NCBI GenBank assembly: GCA_028688055.1
Contig: JAQTYZ010000001.1
Coordinates: 114,910 to 178,909, forward strand
Reading direction: 5' to 3'
DNA length: 64,000 nucleotides
Origin: Patescibacteria group bacterium
Lineage (GTDB): Bacteria > Patescibacteriota > Patescibacteriia > Buchananbacterales > UBA6539
This document shows, piece after piece, positions 40,322-49,781 of this stretch. Every line of letters begins with the position of its first letter. Position 1 is the stretch's first letter. Both the position numbers and the translations under genes were made by a program. Below the pieces are notes generated by a model. The model made no database searches, was not told where the DNA came from, and saw nothing but the letters and a program-made list of their open reading frames with translations.

Positions 40322-41767
40322 ATGAAAAGAAATAAAAGCTTTAAACCGAAATGGGATGTTGATGAAGCCGAAGCCGTATTTTGGATTTGTCCGGAAGCGG
40401 CTTGGGCCATGACAGTGGGTATGCGAAAAATTTATGGCTTTGGGTTTAATCGAAATTTGGTAATTTTGGAGAAAAATAAGCCTTTTAAATGGTGCACTTT
40501 AGTTGAAGACAATGTCATCGTTGGCAATAAATGTTTTAATAAATTTAAAAATAAAAAATTTCGTAATAAAATTAAACAAGGTTTAGCTAAGGTAAATTTA
40601 AAGCTGGAGCGAAAAATATTAAAATATCGGTCGCAAAGTCCGGCCGCAATGTCGGTTAGTGCCTTGTTTAGTTATTTAGATTTTTTTACGGAATGCTATC
40701 AAGAAATGTTTAGTTATGGTTTTTTTGCCGAAGCTTTTGACTATGTGCTGCCCCAAATTTTTGAGAAAGAGTTCAAAAAATATAAACTTTCCCGTGATGA
40801 TTTCTCTGATTTATCGACTATCCCTGATGTCAGCTATTTAAATTTAGAAACCCAAAAGTTGATTAGATTAGCGATTAAAAAGAGCAGCGGTCAGAAAATC
40901 GGCAATGATTTAGACGATCATTTTAAAAAATATGAATGGCTTGCAACCGGTCATAATGGTAAGAAAATTATTACCATTAATTATTTTTTAGCAAGAATTG
41001 GTGAATTAATCAGGCAGCATCAGAATTTATCTAAAGAGCTTAAACGTCTGAGAGATTTTAAGATTAATTTGAAAAAACGGAAAAGCCAAATCATAAAAAA
41101 ATATGATTTTGTTAAAGGAGCTTTACAATTAATCAATATTATTGATGACATCGGGCCGTTGCGTGACCGGAGAAAAGAAATTTTTGTTAAGTCAATCTTT
41201 TATGCCGATGATGTCCGCGACGAACTGGCAAAAAGATTCGGCTATCATTTATCAGACCTGCAATTTTTTACCAGCCAGGAACTCATATTATTGAGCAAGG
41301 GAGAAAAACTTGATCGAGCTGAGTTAAAAAGGAGAAAAGAATTTATAATTTTAGATGTTGATTATCAAAAGCATTTATTCAAAGTTTATAGTGGCAAAAG
41401 TGTTTCGAAATTAATTCCTAAAGAATTCAAAAAAATTCATGACCAATTAAATGAGCTTACCGGGACGGTGGCTTCAAGTGGTAAAGTGTCCGGAGAAGTT
41501 AAAGTTATCTTCGGTGAAAGCGGCTTTCACCGAATGAGCCAAGGCAATATTTTAGTTACTGGCATGACCCGGCCTGAAATGTTGCCAATAATGAAAATGG
41601 CGGCGGCAATTATCACTGATGAAGGCGGCCTGACTTGCCATGCTGCTATTGTTTCCAGAGAATTAAACATCCCTTGTATTGTCGGCACCAAAATTGCCAC
41701 CAAAGTCTTGAAAGACGGCGATAAGGTAGTAGTCAACGCGACTAACGGCACTATCAAAATAATTTAG
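40322..41767 (+). CDS. Unknown N-terminal domain + phospho-His swivel domain, paralog 5
   Basis: [21 protein letters not shown] (His440). Confidence 0.85.
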   Translation: MKRNKSFKPKWDVDEAEAVFWICPEAAWAMTVGMRKIYGFGFNRNLVILEKNKPFKWCTLVEDNVIVGNKCFNKFKNKKFRNKIKQGLAKVNLKLERKILKYRSQSPAAMSVSALFSYLDFFTECYQEMFSYGFFAEAFDYVLPQIFEKEFKKYKLSRDDFSDLSTIPDVSYLNLETQKLIRLAIKKSSGQKIGNDLDDHFKKYEWLATGHNGKKIITINYFLARIGELIRQHQNLSKELKRLRDFKINLKKRKSQIIKKYDFVKGALQLINIIDDIGPLRDRRKEIFVKSIFYADDVRDELAKRFGYHLSDLQFFTSQELILLSKGEKLDRAELKRRKEFIILDVDYQKHLFKVYSGKSVSKLIPKEFKKIHDQLNELTGTVASSGKVSGEVKVIFGESGFHRMSQGNILVTGMTRPEMLPIMKMAAAIITDEGGLTCHAAIVSRELNIPCIVGTKIATKVLKDGDKVVVNATNGTIKII

Positions 41768-41774
41768 TTTTTTT

Positions 41775-42053
41775 ATGAAGAGGGTCACGCTAATAATTAG
41801 CGGCGAAGTTCAGGCTGTTGGATTTAGGACAGCGGCCGTAAGGGAAGCGAACAAGCTTGGATTGACCGGGTATGTGAAAAATTTACCTGCTGGTTCAGTC
41901 GAGGTAGTTGCTGAGGGCGAGGAGGGCAACTTGAATAATTTTATCATTTGGTGTTATAATGGTGTTGGACTGGCAACAGTTTCCAATATAAAAACCAGCT
42001 GGACGGAGGCGACTGGAGTTTTTTCTAATTTTGTGATAGTATTTGAGAGTTAA
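41775..42053 (+). CDS. acyP: Acylphosphatase
   Basis: GEVQAVGFR, GYVKN and VEVVAEG. Confidence 0.9.
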   Translation: MKRVTLIISGEVQAVGFRTAAVREANKLGLTGYVKNLPAGSVEVVAEGEEGNLNNFIIWCYNGVGLATVSNIKTSWTEATGVFSNFVIVFES

Positions 42054-42069
42054 AACCATGAAAAAGTTT

Positions 42070-42510
42070 ATGAAGGTAATATTGATAAAAAATGTACCAA
42101 AACTTGGACAGCAATGGGACGTCAAAGACGTTGCTTTGGGTTATGCCAGAAATTTCTTAATTCCTAAGGGTTTTGCTGAAGAAGCCAGTCCGAAGGCCTT
42201 GGAAGAATTAGAGGCCAGAAAGGCCACCGAGACTAAGTCTGCCGAAGCTAATTTGTTGAAAATGGAAGAGCTGGTCGGTAAGCTTGAGGGCCAAATTGTA
42301 GAAATCAAGGCCAAGGCTAGTGAAGAAGGGACTCTTTATGCCGCCATTTCATCGACTAAGGTGTTGGCCGCTTTAAAAGATAAAGGTTTTAATATTGCCA
42401 AAAGTCAAATTGAGTTAGGCCATATTAAGGAAATTGGTGATCATGAAATTATTATTAATTTGGATCATGGTCTTGAAGCCAGAATTACCTTAACTGTAAA
42501 TCCAGAATAA
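42070..42510 (+). CDS. rplI: 50S ribosomal protein L9
   Basis: MKVILIKNVPKLG..GYARNFLIP. Start placed at ATG 42070. Confidence 0.95.
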   Translation: MKVILIKNVPKLGQQWDVKDVALGYARNFLIPKGFAEEASPKALEELEARKATETKSAEANLLKMEELVGKLEGQIVEIKAKASEEGTLYAAISSTKVLAALKDKGFNIAKSQIELGHIKEIGDHEIIINLDHGLEARITLTVNPE

Positions 42511-42549
42511 TGTCCTACCATTTTAATCTCAAATTTAATAACAAAAAAA

Positions 42550-42584
42550 GATAAGCCCACCGTCGCCGGTGGGTTTGTCGCTTT
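42550..42584 (+). terminator. Stem-loop between rplI and pyrG
   Basis: GATAAGCCCACC-GTCGCC-GGTGGGTTTGTC, with a weak T tail downstream and an A run upstream. Confidence 0.5.
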
Positions 42585-42595
42585 AAAATAATACT

Positions 42596-44221
42596 ATGTC
42601 AAAATTTATCTTTGTGATGGGGGGAGTGATGTCGGGTGTTGGCAAGGGTGTAACTTCGGCGTCAATTGGCAAAATTTTACAATCAAGGGGCTATAAGGTT
42701 ACGGCTATTAAGATTGATCCATATATTAATGTTGATGCGGGTACTATGAATCCGACTGAACACGGTGAAGTTTTTGTCACTGAAGATGGGGACGAAACCG
42801 ATCAGGATATTGGTAACTACGAACGTTTTTTAAACGAAGATATTTTGCGAGATAATTATATGACGACCGGTCGCGTCTACCTGTCAGTGATTCAGCGCGA
42901 GCGAAATTTGGAATATGGTGGAAAATGTGTTGAAGTTGTCCCTCATATTCCGTTAGAGGTAATCGCCAGAATTAAAAAAGCCGCCAGTCGTTCTCGAGCC
43001 GATATCACCATCATTGAGATTGGTGGTACGGTGGGCGAATATCAAAACATTTTGTTTTTAGAAGCCGCCAGATTAATGCACTATCGAAATCCGCAGGACG
43101 TTTTGTTCGTTTTGGTGAGTTATTTGCCGATTCCGGGTACTTTGGGCGAAATGAAGACTAAACCGACGCAGTACGCCGTTCAGCAGGTAAATTCAGCCGG
43201 GATTCAGCCTGATTTTATAATTTGTCGCTCGGCCAAAGCGGTTGACGGTCCTAGGCGTAAAAAGATCTCGCAGTTTTGTAATGTTGCCGAAGGTGACGTA
43301 ATCTCTAATCCAGACTGCGACTCAATTTATGAAGTGCCAATTACACTCGAAAAAGAAAAATTAAGTGATAAAATTATTAAAAAATTAAACTTAAAGCCGC
43401 GCAAGACCGACTTGAAAGCTTGGAAAAAAATGGTCGCGGACGTCAAGCGCAATTCAAAAATTGTCAGAATTGGTATTGTTGGCAAGTACTTTGCTACCGG
43501 CGATTTTATTTTGCCTGACGCCTATATCTCAGTAATTGAATCAATCAAACATGCGGCCTGGGCCAATAAAGTAAAGGCTCAAATTGAGTGGATTAATTCG
43601 GATGCTTACGAGAAGACACCTTCTTTAGTCAAGGAGTTAAAAGATTTTGATGGTATTGTTGTACCCGGCGGTTTTGGTAGCCGTGGCATTGAAGGTAAAA
43701 TTATCGCGATTAAATATGCCAGAGAAAATAATCTACCATTCTTTGGCCTTTGCTATGGCATGCAGTTAGCCACCATTGAATTTGCTAGAAATGTCGCAAA
43801 ACTAAAAGATGTTCATACAACAGAAATAAAACCCAATTGTCTTAATCCCGTTATTCATATTATGCCTGATCAGGCCGAGAAGATGGCTAAAAAACAGTAT
43901 GGTAATACCATGAGACTAGGCGCTTATCCTTGCGTCCTAGCGAAGGGAACTGTTAGCCAGCAGGCTTATACTAAAAATCACATCAGTGAGCGCCACCGTC
44001 ACCGCTTTGAGTTTAATAATGATTATCGTACTCGTTTAACCAAAAAGGGGTTAGTGCTAGCTGGCATGTCACCAGATAAAAAATTAGTTGAAATTGTTGA
44101 AGTTGTCGGCCATCCATTTTTTGTCGGTACTCAGTTTCATCCTGAATTAAAATCTAGACCACTATACCCACACCCATTATTTAAAGCCTTTGTGGCCGCG
44201 GCGGTTAAGCGAAAAAAATAA
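42596..44221 (+). CDS. pyrG: CTP synthase
   Basis: GGVMSGVGKG, DPYINVDAGTM, GLCYGMQ, ERHRHRFE and QFHPE. Confidence 0.97.
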   Translation: MSKFIFVMGGVMSGVGKGVTSASIGKILQSRGYKVTAIKIDPYINVDAGTMNPTEHGEVFVTEDGDETDQDIGNYERFLNEDILRDNYMTTGRVYLSVIQRERNLEYGGKCVEVVPHIPLEVIARIKKAASRSRADITIIEIGGTVGEYQNILFLEAARLMHYRNPQDVLFVLVSYLPIPGTLGEMKTKPTQYAVQQVNSAGIQPDFIICRSAKAVDGPRRKKISQFCNVAEGDVISNPDCDSIYEVPITLEKEKLSDKIIKKLNLKPRKTDLKAWKKMVADVKRNSKIVRIGIVGKYFATGDFILPDAYISVIESIKHAAWANKVKAQIEWINSDAYEKTPSLVKELKDFDGIVVPGGFGSRGIEGKIIAIKYARENNLPFFGLCYGMQLATIEFARNVAKLKDVHTTEIKPNCLNPVIHIMPDQAEKMAKKQYGNTMRLGAYPCVLAKGTVSQQAYTKNHISERHRHRFEFNNDYRTRLTKKGLVLAGMSPDKKLVEIVEVVGHPFFVGTQFHPELKSRPLYPHPLFKAFVAAAVKRKK

Positions 44222-44276
44222 GTAATAAAAAAACCAGATAACGGACTCGTCCTGAGATCTGGTTTTTTTATTACTT
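44220..44276. terminator. Bidirectional intrinsic terminator between pyrG and rpmA
   Basis: AAGTAATAAAAAAACCAGAT ... ATCTGGTTTTTTTATTACTT inverted repeat with A and T tails. Confidence 0.75.
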
Positions 44277-44552
44277 CTTCGGTAAAACGTTGACAAACTT
44301 TGCCCATTCAAGACGGCCGGTAAATTTCTTGATTTTCTTACGAGAAAATTTAACCAGGCCAGTAGCGGCGGCATACAAGGTGTCGTCAGCGCCTTTTTTT
44401 ACATTTTTACCAGCGCGAATTTTTGATCCTCGCTGTCTAATAATAATACTTCCCGACTTGGCTACTTCTCCTTCATAGAGCTTGACCCCTAATCGTTTGG
44501 ACTGTGAATCTCGCCCCAGGGAAGTGGAACCACCAGCTTTCTTATGCGCCAT
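44271..44552 (-). CDS. rpmA: 50S ribosomal protein L27
   Basis: [24 protein letters not shown]. Confidence 0.97.
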   Translation of the reverse strand: MAHKKAGGSTSLGRDSQSKRLGVKLYEGEVAKSGSIIIRQRGSKIRAGKNVKKGADDTLYAAATGLVKFSRKKIKKFTGRLEWAKFVNVLPKK

Positions 44553-44586
44553 AGTATTTAATAGTCATTAGCAAAATAATAGGTTT

Positions 44587-44637
44587 AATATAGTTTAATT
44601 TGACTTAATTGTCAAGGATTGATTGTTTGGTTATACT
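44587..44637. promoter_or_regulatory. Bidirectional promoter sharing one -35 (TTGTCAA)
   Basis: Plus strand: TTGTCA(44609)-17-TATACT(44632). Minus strand: TTGACA(44615)-17-TATATT(44592). Confidence 0.6.
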
Positions 44638-44644
44638 CAATATT

Positions 44645-45478
44645 ATGATGAATAACCAAATTATTAAATTACTACTGCTAACGCTGCTTATTTTGACCGG
44701 CTGCCAGCCAGCGCCGGTAGTTCAGGTTGAAAATAATGAAAATAGCAACAACTTCCAGACGTCAACGATTACGGCGGGAGCAATTATTAGTAATGTTTCG
44801 TCAACACCAGCGGTCACTGACAGTGAAATAATAGTTCCGAATAATAAGGGAACTACATCCTCGACAATAAATCAGGTGCCCGTGCTAGTTGATGGATTTA
44901 TTGACTTAAAACCGCAGTTTGCCTCCCAAGCGCCATTTGGTGTTTGGGATGAGCTCCACGGTGAAGCTTGTGAAGAAGCTTCAATGATTATTGCTTACAG
45001 CTATGTTGCAAAAAAACCATTGACAACACACACCATGGAGCAGGGAATTCTTGATCTAGTTAATTGGGAAAGAGCTAACAGCTTCGGTCAGGATTTAACG
45101 GTGGTGGAGACTAGCAAAATTCTGCGTGAATATTTTAAGGTCAGCGCGGACGAAATAAATAATCCAAATGTCGAATTAATTAAAAGTATTTTAAGACAGG
45201 GAAAACTAATAATTATGCCAGCGGCCGGAAGATTGTTGGGTAATCCATATTTTCAAACACCGGGGCCGATCTATCATATGCTGGTGATTCGTGGTTATGA
45301 CGATAAAACTGGGGAATTTATAACCAACGACCCCGGTACAAGGCGGGGCGATGGTTATAGGTATCAATATGACGTTTTATTGAATGCCATTCATGACTGG
45401 AATCATCAATTAGAAACCAATGGAATGACTGATGAAGAAATGGCCTTGGGTGTTAAACGGGTAATAGCCGTTTATTAG
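44645..45478 (+). CDS. Lipoprotein with peptidase C39-like domain
   Basis: Lipobox LTGC, Ser/Thr-rich linker, QAP..ACEEAS, YHMLVIRGY and NDPG. Start placed at ATG 44645. Confidence 0.7.
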   Translation: MMNNQIIKLLLLTLLILTGCQPAPVVQVENNENSNNFQTSTITAGAIISNVSSTPAVTDSEIIVPNNKGTTSSTINQVPVLVDGFIDLKPQFASQAPFGVWDELHGEACEEASMIIAYSYVAKKPLTTHTMEQGILDLVNWERANSFGQDLTVVETSKILREYFKVSADEINNPNVELIKSILRQGKLIIMPAAGRLLGNPYFQTPGPIYHMLVIRGYDDKTGEFITNDPGTRRGDGYRYQYDVLLNAIHDWNHQLETNGMTDEEMALGVKRVIAVY

Positions 45479-45825
45479 TTTTGGGTGCTGGTGGCATTAT
45501 TATTAATCGTCGAGTTTTGAACTGACGATTTTTTTTGTTCTTTGAATGGGTTATTGACGGCTAGCGGCACCGTGCTGGTTGACTCTTTAAGGTCAAGGCG
45601 GTTGAGGACTTTTTTGACCTTGTCATCATCTAAAATATCAGGCGCGACTTCCTGTTTCAACAAAACGATTTCTTCAGACTGAGCAATAGTTTGGTAAAAA
45701 TATTGGTAAAGAAATAATCCGAGCAAGGAGAAAATCACAACTATGGCAACGGCCATAATATAAGATATATATTTGAGGGAAGAAACAAGCTGAAATATTT
45801 TTATTCTTGGAAATTTAAGTTTCAT
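45475..45825 (-). CDS. Single-TM protein ending the pil operon (PilP position)
   Basis: TM plus NPF motif; follows pilO. Confidence 0.5.
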   Translation of the reverse strand: MKLKFPRIKIFQLVSSLKYISYIMAVAIVVIFSLLGLFLYQYFYQTIAQSEEIVLLKQEVAPDILDDDKVKKVLNRLDLKESTSTVPLAVNNPFKEQKKSSVQNSTINNNATSTQN

Positions 45826-45833
45826 ATTTATGG

Positions 45834-46382
45834 TTATTTTTTTTCAGCGTTGAGGAAAAAAATTTTTCCATCCATAGTTAATTTGACCTCGTCTTGGTTA
45901 GCCGTTGAGTTGGTCGATTCTAGCGTCATAGCCGCTGAGTTGAAGTAGAACGGCAGTTTTTCAATCGCCGACGTAAAATTAAGGACGTTATCAAAGTTAC
46001 CAATCGCTGTTATTTCAATGGGCAGACTTGAAATGAAAGCTGATTCATTTTGTCGGCTGGCATTTAATCTGATATTTTGTTCAATACCATTGTCAGCCGC
46101 CAAGGTTTCAATCGCCGTAACGAAATTTAATTCGTTGCCTGCTTCAATGAAAACGTTATTAAGTCTGTCTTGTTGCGGTTTAATTTTTTCGAAGTCGGCG
46201 ACAGTTTTTTTGAGCAGTTGCCCACGGAGGTATTTTTTTTCCAAATCTACTCGTTCGGCGAAAACCGAATTACTGATTTGTTTTATATCGGAGATGGTCG
46301 GAATAATCACCAGATAAACAACACCAAAAATTAAAATGATGACCGTTAGAATAGTTAATGAAATTTTTTGTCTAATTTTCAT
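45834..46382 (-). CDS. pilO: Type IV pilus assembly protein PilO-like
   Basis: TM, coiled coil, LPIEITAIGNFDNVLNFTSAIEKLP; follows pilN. Confidence 0.75.
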   Translation of the reverse strand: MKIRQKISLTILTVIILIFGVVYLVIIPTISDIKQISNSVFAERVDLEKKYLRGQLLKKTVADFEKIKPQQDRLNNVFIEAGNELNFVTAIETLAADNGIEQNIRLNASRQNESAFISSLPIEITAIGNFDNVLNFTSAIEKLPFYFNSAAMTLESTNSTANQDEVKLTMDGKIFFLNAEKK

Positions 46383-46914
46383 TGCTTTTTATTTTTTCAA
46401 AATCAATATCAGATTTTAAGCTAAAATTAATATTTTCTTTTTTTAGTAAATCCTCGAGGGGGATTTGCGAATTCGAAAAAAATGTTGATGACTCAAGATT
46501 ATTTTTTAAATTGAGCAGATCTTCACGAGTCTTGGCCCGGCCAGTTATTAGCACTTTGCTATCTTTAATATTAATACTTTGCAGCGTAATGTTCGGTGGG
46601 ATTAATTTAGAAAATTTAGCGATGAAGGTTGACCAAGGTATATAATTTTTTTGAATATTATCAACGGTGCCCAAGAGCTGATTAAATTTTTTAATATCAT
46701 TATTAAAAGTATTTATATATTTAGTTGTCAGAGTTGTTTCCGCCACCACCTTATCAAAATTATTTTGGAGCGTCATTTTAACAAATAAAAGGATGACGGC
46801 AACAATAATTGATAAAAGCAATAAAGAAATAATGAGATTCTTTATTCCAACATATAATTGCATTAATCTGACCTCTTTCTTTTTTTCCGGTGGAATTAAA
46901 TTTAAGCCAATCAT
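46372..46914 (-). CDS. pilN: Type IV pilus assembly protein PilN
   Basis: LNLIP N-terminal motif, TM, IPPNITL..ITGRA..LESSTFF. Confidence 0.8.
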   Translation of the reverse strand: MIGLNLIPPEKKKEVRLMQLYVGIKNLIISLLLLSIIVAVILLFVKMTLQNNFDKVVAETTLTTKYINTFNNDIKKFNQLLGTVDNIQKNYIPWSTFIAKFSKLIPPNITLQSINIKDSKVLITGRAKTREDLLNLKNNLESSTFFSNSQIPLEDLLKKENINFSLKSDIDFEKIKSNEN

Positions 46915-47978
46915 ATAATATCTTTTTTCTCGTAAGCTCTTAAGGCTAAGCCAATGGCTGTGGTGAAGGACAATATTTTATCATTTGGGATAGCCGATTT
47001 CTTGATTTGATATTTACCATTTAACGGGTCGCCGATTTTAACCGGAATTTTTAGTTTATCTGACAAAACGCTGTCAATGTAGGTAAAGTTAGCGCCGCCA
47101 CCGCATAAGATAATCTCGGTAACCTCCTTACCGTTTTCAAAGTTACTCTGATAAAAGGTAATTGTTTTTTTTATTTGAGAAGTTAGGTTGTCGATCATTT
47201 TATATAAAATTTTGAGCATGGCTCCTTCACACTTAGCCGGATCAAGTCCGCAAACAAGCTTGGCCTTTTCAGCCTTCTTTAAGTCAATATTTAAGGTCTT
47301 GGAAATAGTTTGGGTTATTTTATTTCCTGAAATTGGCAAACTGACTGTAAATTGAATTGCCCCTTTGTCATAAACAATCAGTCCTGTTCTAACTGCCCCA
47401 ATGTCAATAATTATTTTAGCTTGGGAGTCTTTTTTATCATCAATCAGTGCTCGGGAAATCGCGGCGGCCTCAATTTCAAAAACATATGGTGTTAAACCAC
47501 ATTTTTCAACAATGGTCAAGTAGGAATCAACTAATTTTTTAGGAGCGGCGCCAACTAAAATTTCGGCGCTGGTTTGGCCACGACTGATAACCTGCCAGTC
47601 AAAGTAAATTTCATCTAAAGCCAACGGGATCTGGTTGACGATTTCTTCATTAACCAGTTCCGGCATCCGTTTCGCATCGCCCTCGCCGAGAAATGATACG
47701 TTGATAACTTTAATAAAGGTTTTGGTTTCCGGCAATACCGTGATGACATTTTTAGTTTTAATTTTATCGCCCTTGGAGTTTTTAACTAAATCTTTAACCC
47801 CGGAAATAAATTTGTCTTCATTAACAATTTCGCCGTTGGTTATTATTCCAGCCGGTAGATTAAGCTCATTAAAAGAATTAATGACAATTTTTTTGCCTTT
47901 TTTTTTCAGACTTACTAACCGGATCGCTCCCGCGCTGATGTCCAGTCCAAAAATTTCATTGTTTGATATTAGAGACAT
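46911..47978 (-). CDS. pilM: Type IV pilus assembly protein PilM
   Basis: FGLDIS, IDIGA, ILCGGGA and AIGLALR. Confidence 0.9.
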   Translation of the reverse strand: MSLISNNEIFGLDISAGAIRLVSLKKKGKKIVINSFNELNLPAGIITNGEIVNEDKFISGVKDLVKNSKGDKIKTKNVITVLPETKTFIKVINVSFLGEGDAKRMPELVNEEIVNQIPLALDEIYFDWQVISRGQTSAEILVGAAPKKLVDSYLTIVEKCGLTPYVFEIEAAAISRALIDDKKDSQAKIIIDIGAVRTGLIVYDKGAIQFTVSLPISGNKITQTISKTLNIDLKKAEKAKLVCGLDPAKCEGAMLKILYKMIDNLTSQIKKTITFYQSNFENGKEVTEIILCGGGANFTYIDSVLSDKLKIPVKIGDPLNGKYQIKKSAIPNDKILSFTTAIGLALRAYEKKDII

Positions 47979-48004
47979 ATAAACTCTTTATATTATAGCA
48001 CAAT

Positions 48005-49210
48005 TTAATACTGCTCTTCCCAATGGTCAATCTGAATGATGGGGGAATCTTCATTCACGATTGGGTCAATCACCGGCTGGAAATTTTCCGGAGTGTAATT
48101 AAGAATAATTGAGCCGCCACTGGCAGTTACCTTGGCATCGAATCCGACTAGGCTGCCATTAATTGTAAAAGTAGTGCCGGAACTTGTGATATCAAGATCG
48201 GCACCAGAGTAGAGCATCCCATTTATTAGAATGGTCCCACCGGAGGTAGTAATATGAAAGTCGTCTTCCGCTAATATTCCACCACCATAGGTTGAGTCCG
48301 CATTGACGGTTAAATTTTTGCCCGATTCAGTTATTTGGACATCACCTTCAGCAACCAAGACGCCGTTGATAGTCAGATTTTTGCCAGTCCACTGAGCGTC
48401 ACCGGTGACATAGATTATGCCATTAAGAATTGTATTATTGGCTAAGTTTTTAAATTGGGAAGGCGTCAGGGTGGTGGTTGCTCGATTTTTCCAAGAGTTA
48501 GGGGACGATGAATTAAAGTCAATTTGTAAAATATCGACCGTTGTAGTTGGCGCTTGCTGGGTGCTGTTATTGAGGGTTAATTTGCCCCCGGCTACGACAT
48601 TGATGACATTGCTTGAGGTAACCATACCATCATTAACCACGACTTCTGATCCTTGAACTTTAAAAACTTGGTTGGCGTGTAACCGGCCACCGTTTGAGGT
48701 TAAGACGATACCTGAACCGGTAAAAGTAAAATTGCCATTCTGTTGCGACCCACGACCGCCGGCAAAGACGCTGTAGTCCCATTGAGTACCACTGCCAGTG
48801 GCCTTGCTGATATATGATTTTACGACCCGTTGGGAGGCGTTGCCTGATATGACATAAGTCGAAGTTGCTGTTATCCAAGCTTCAGCGGTTACGGTATTTC
48901 GGGCGGCAACCTCATAGCTGGCGTTAGAATCACCAAAAACGTTGGTTCGAGAAATATCATTGGCGGCGCTAAGCGTACCATTTAAAAAAGCGGCCCGTGT
49001 AGCTGAGTCATGTTGAATTTTCCAAATCATATCGCTAACTCCGGATTCGGCTAAATAATAATTTGTTGTTGCTAGCGATTGGACATTGCTGATCTTATTT
49101 TCCGACGTGGTGATGCTAATTAGATAAGAGCCAACCATTAATAACGTCGTTAGTACTAGCACTGAAATTATTAGGACTACTCCCGGCGGTTGTTTTTTTA
49201 CCCTAGCCAT
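48005..49210 (-). CDS. PilX-like minor pilin with a beta-rich C-terminal domain
   Basis: GVVLIISVLVL..YYLAESGV; ends in WEEQY. Confidence 0.65.
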   Translation of the reverse strand: MARVKKQPPGVVLIISVLVLTTLLMVGSYLISITTSENKISNVQSLATTNYYLAESGVSDMIWKIQHDSATRAAFLNGTLSAANDISRTNVFGDSNASYEVAARNTVTAEAWITATSTYVISGNASQRVVKSYISKATGSGTQWDYSVFAGGRGSQQNGNFTFTGSGIVLTSNGGRLHANQVFKVQGSEVVVNDGMVTSSNVINVVAGGKLTLNNSTQQAPTTTVDILQIDFNSSSPNSWKNRATTTLTPSQFKNLANNTILNGIIYVTGDAQWTGKNLTINGVLVAEGDVQITESGKNLTVNADSTYGGGILAEDDFHITTSGGTILINGMLYSGADLDITSSGTTFTINGSLVGFDAKVTASGGSIILNYTPENFQPVIDPIVNEDSPIIQIDHWEEQY

Positions 49211-49211
49211 A

Positions 49212-49781
49212 TTAGTTGTTTCTAGGATTAATGATTGATTTCATTTGAAAAATTTCGTTATTTTTAGTCAGCGTTAAATCGATATTGATATTGCCGTTGC
49301 CATAAAAATCCAACGCGCCGAAATTTTCGCCGACGGTTTTATCTTCTATTAACCTTAATGTGGGTGGGCCAAAAGCATTAATATCATCCCAGGTGACATA
49401 GGTTGACGGGTCGGTGTCAAAATAATAAACCACGATTTGCCGGTTTAGGTCAGAACCGCTGAGATAGTACCTGATGTATTGAATGGTATTTTCAACGTGA
49501 CCGTCTTGAAATTCCAATTCATGCGCGACGGTGGCCGGAATTGAATTGTCGTCAGGTAAGGTTGTGACAACCGAAGTGGCCTGTCTGATTTCTCTGGACA
49601 TTAAGTCTAGGGTAATTCTGGCGTTTTGGATTAATTCTGCTTTCGTATTGCTTTTACGATAAACGCGTTGGTTGAGTACGAAAGTCGAGCTGACAATGAT
49701 CAGTATCAAAAGCGCAATGACCATTGAAATAATCAACTCCGTTAAAGTAAAACCCTGGCGATTGTTATTAAATTTTTTCAT
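49212..49781 (-). CDS. Minor pilin (PilW-like)
   Basis: QGFTLTELII prepilin motif and MSREIRQA. Start placed at ATG 49781. Confidence 0.8.
   Translation of the reverse strand: MKKFNNNRQGFTLTELIISMVIALLILIIVSSTFVLNQRVYRKSNTKAELIQNARITLDLMSREIRQATSVVTTLPDDNSIPATVAHELEFQDGHVENTIQYIRYYLSGSDLNRQIVVYYFDTDPSTYVTWDDINAFGPPTLRLIEDKTVGENFGALDFYGNGNINIDLTLTKNNEIFQMKSIINPRNN

Noticed and set aside
30724-41767. Reading the cluster as a fragmented or pseudogenised PEP synthase or PTS Enzyme I
   Set aside because: All ORFs are long and intact with conserved His motifs, no pyruvate/PEP-binding barrel is present, and the domain order matches RPH or phenylphosphate synthase instead.
42511-42595. pyrG attenuator controlled by reiterative transcription
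   Set aside because: A hairpin is present, but no clear promoter or GGGC start and only a weak U tract, so it is kept as a plain stem-loop.
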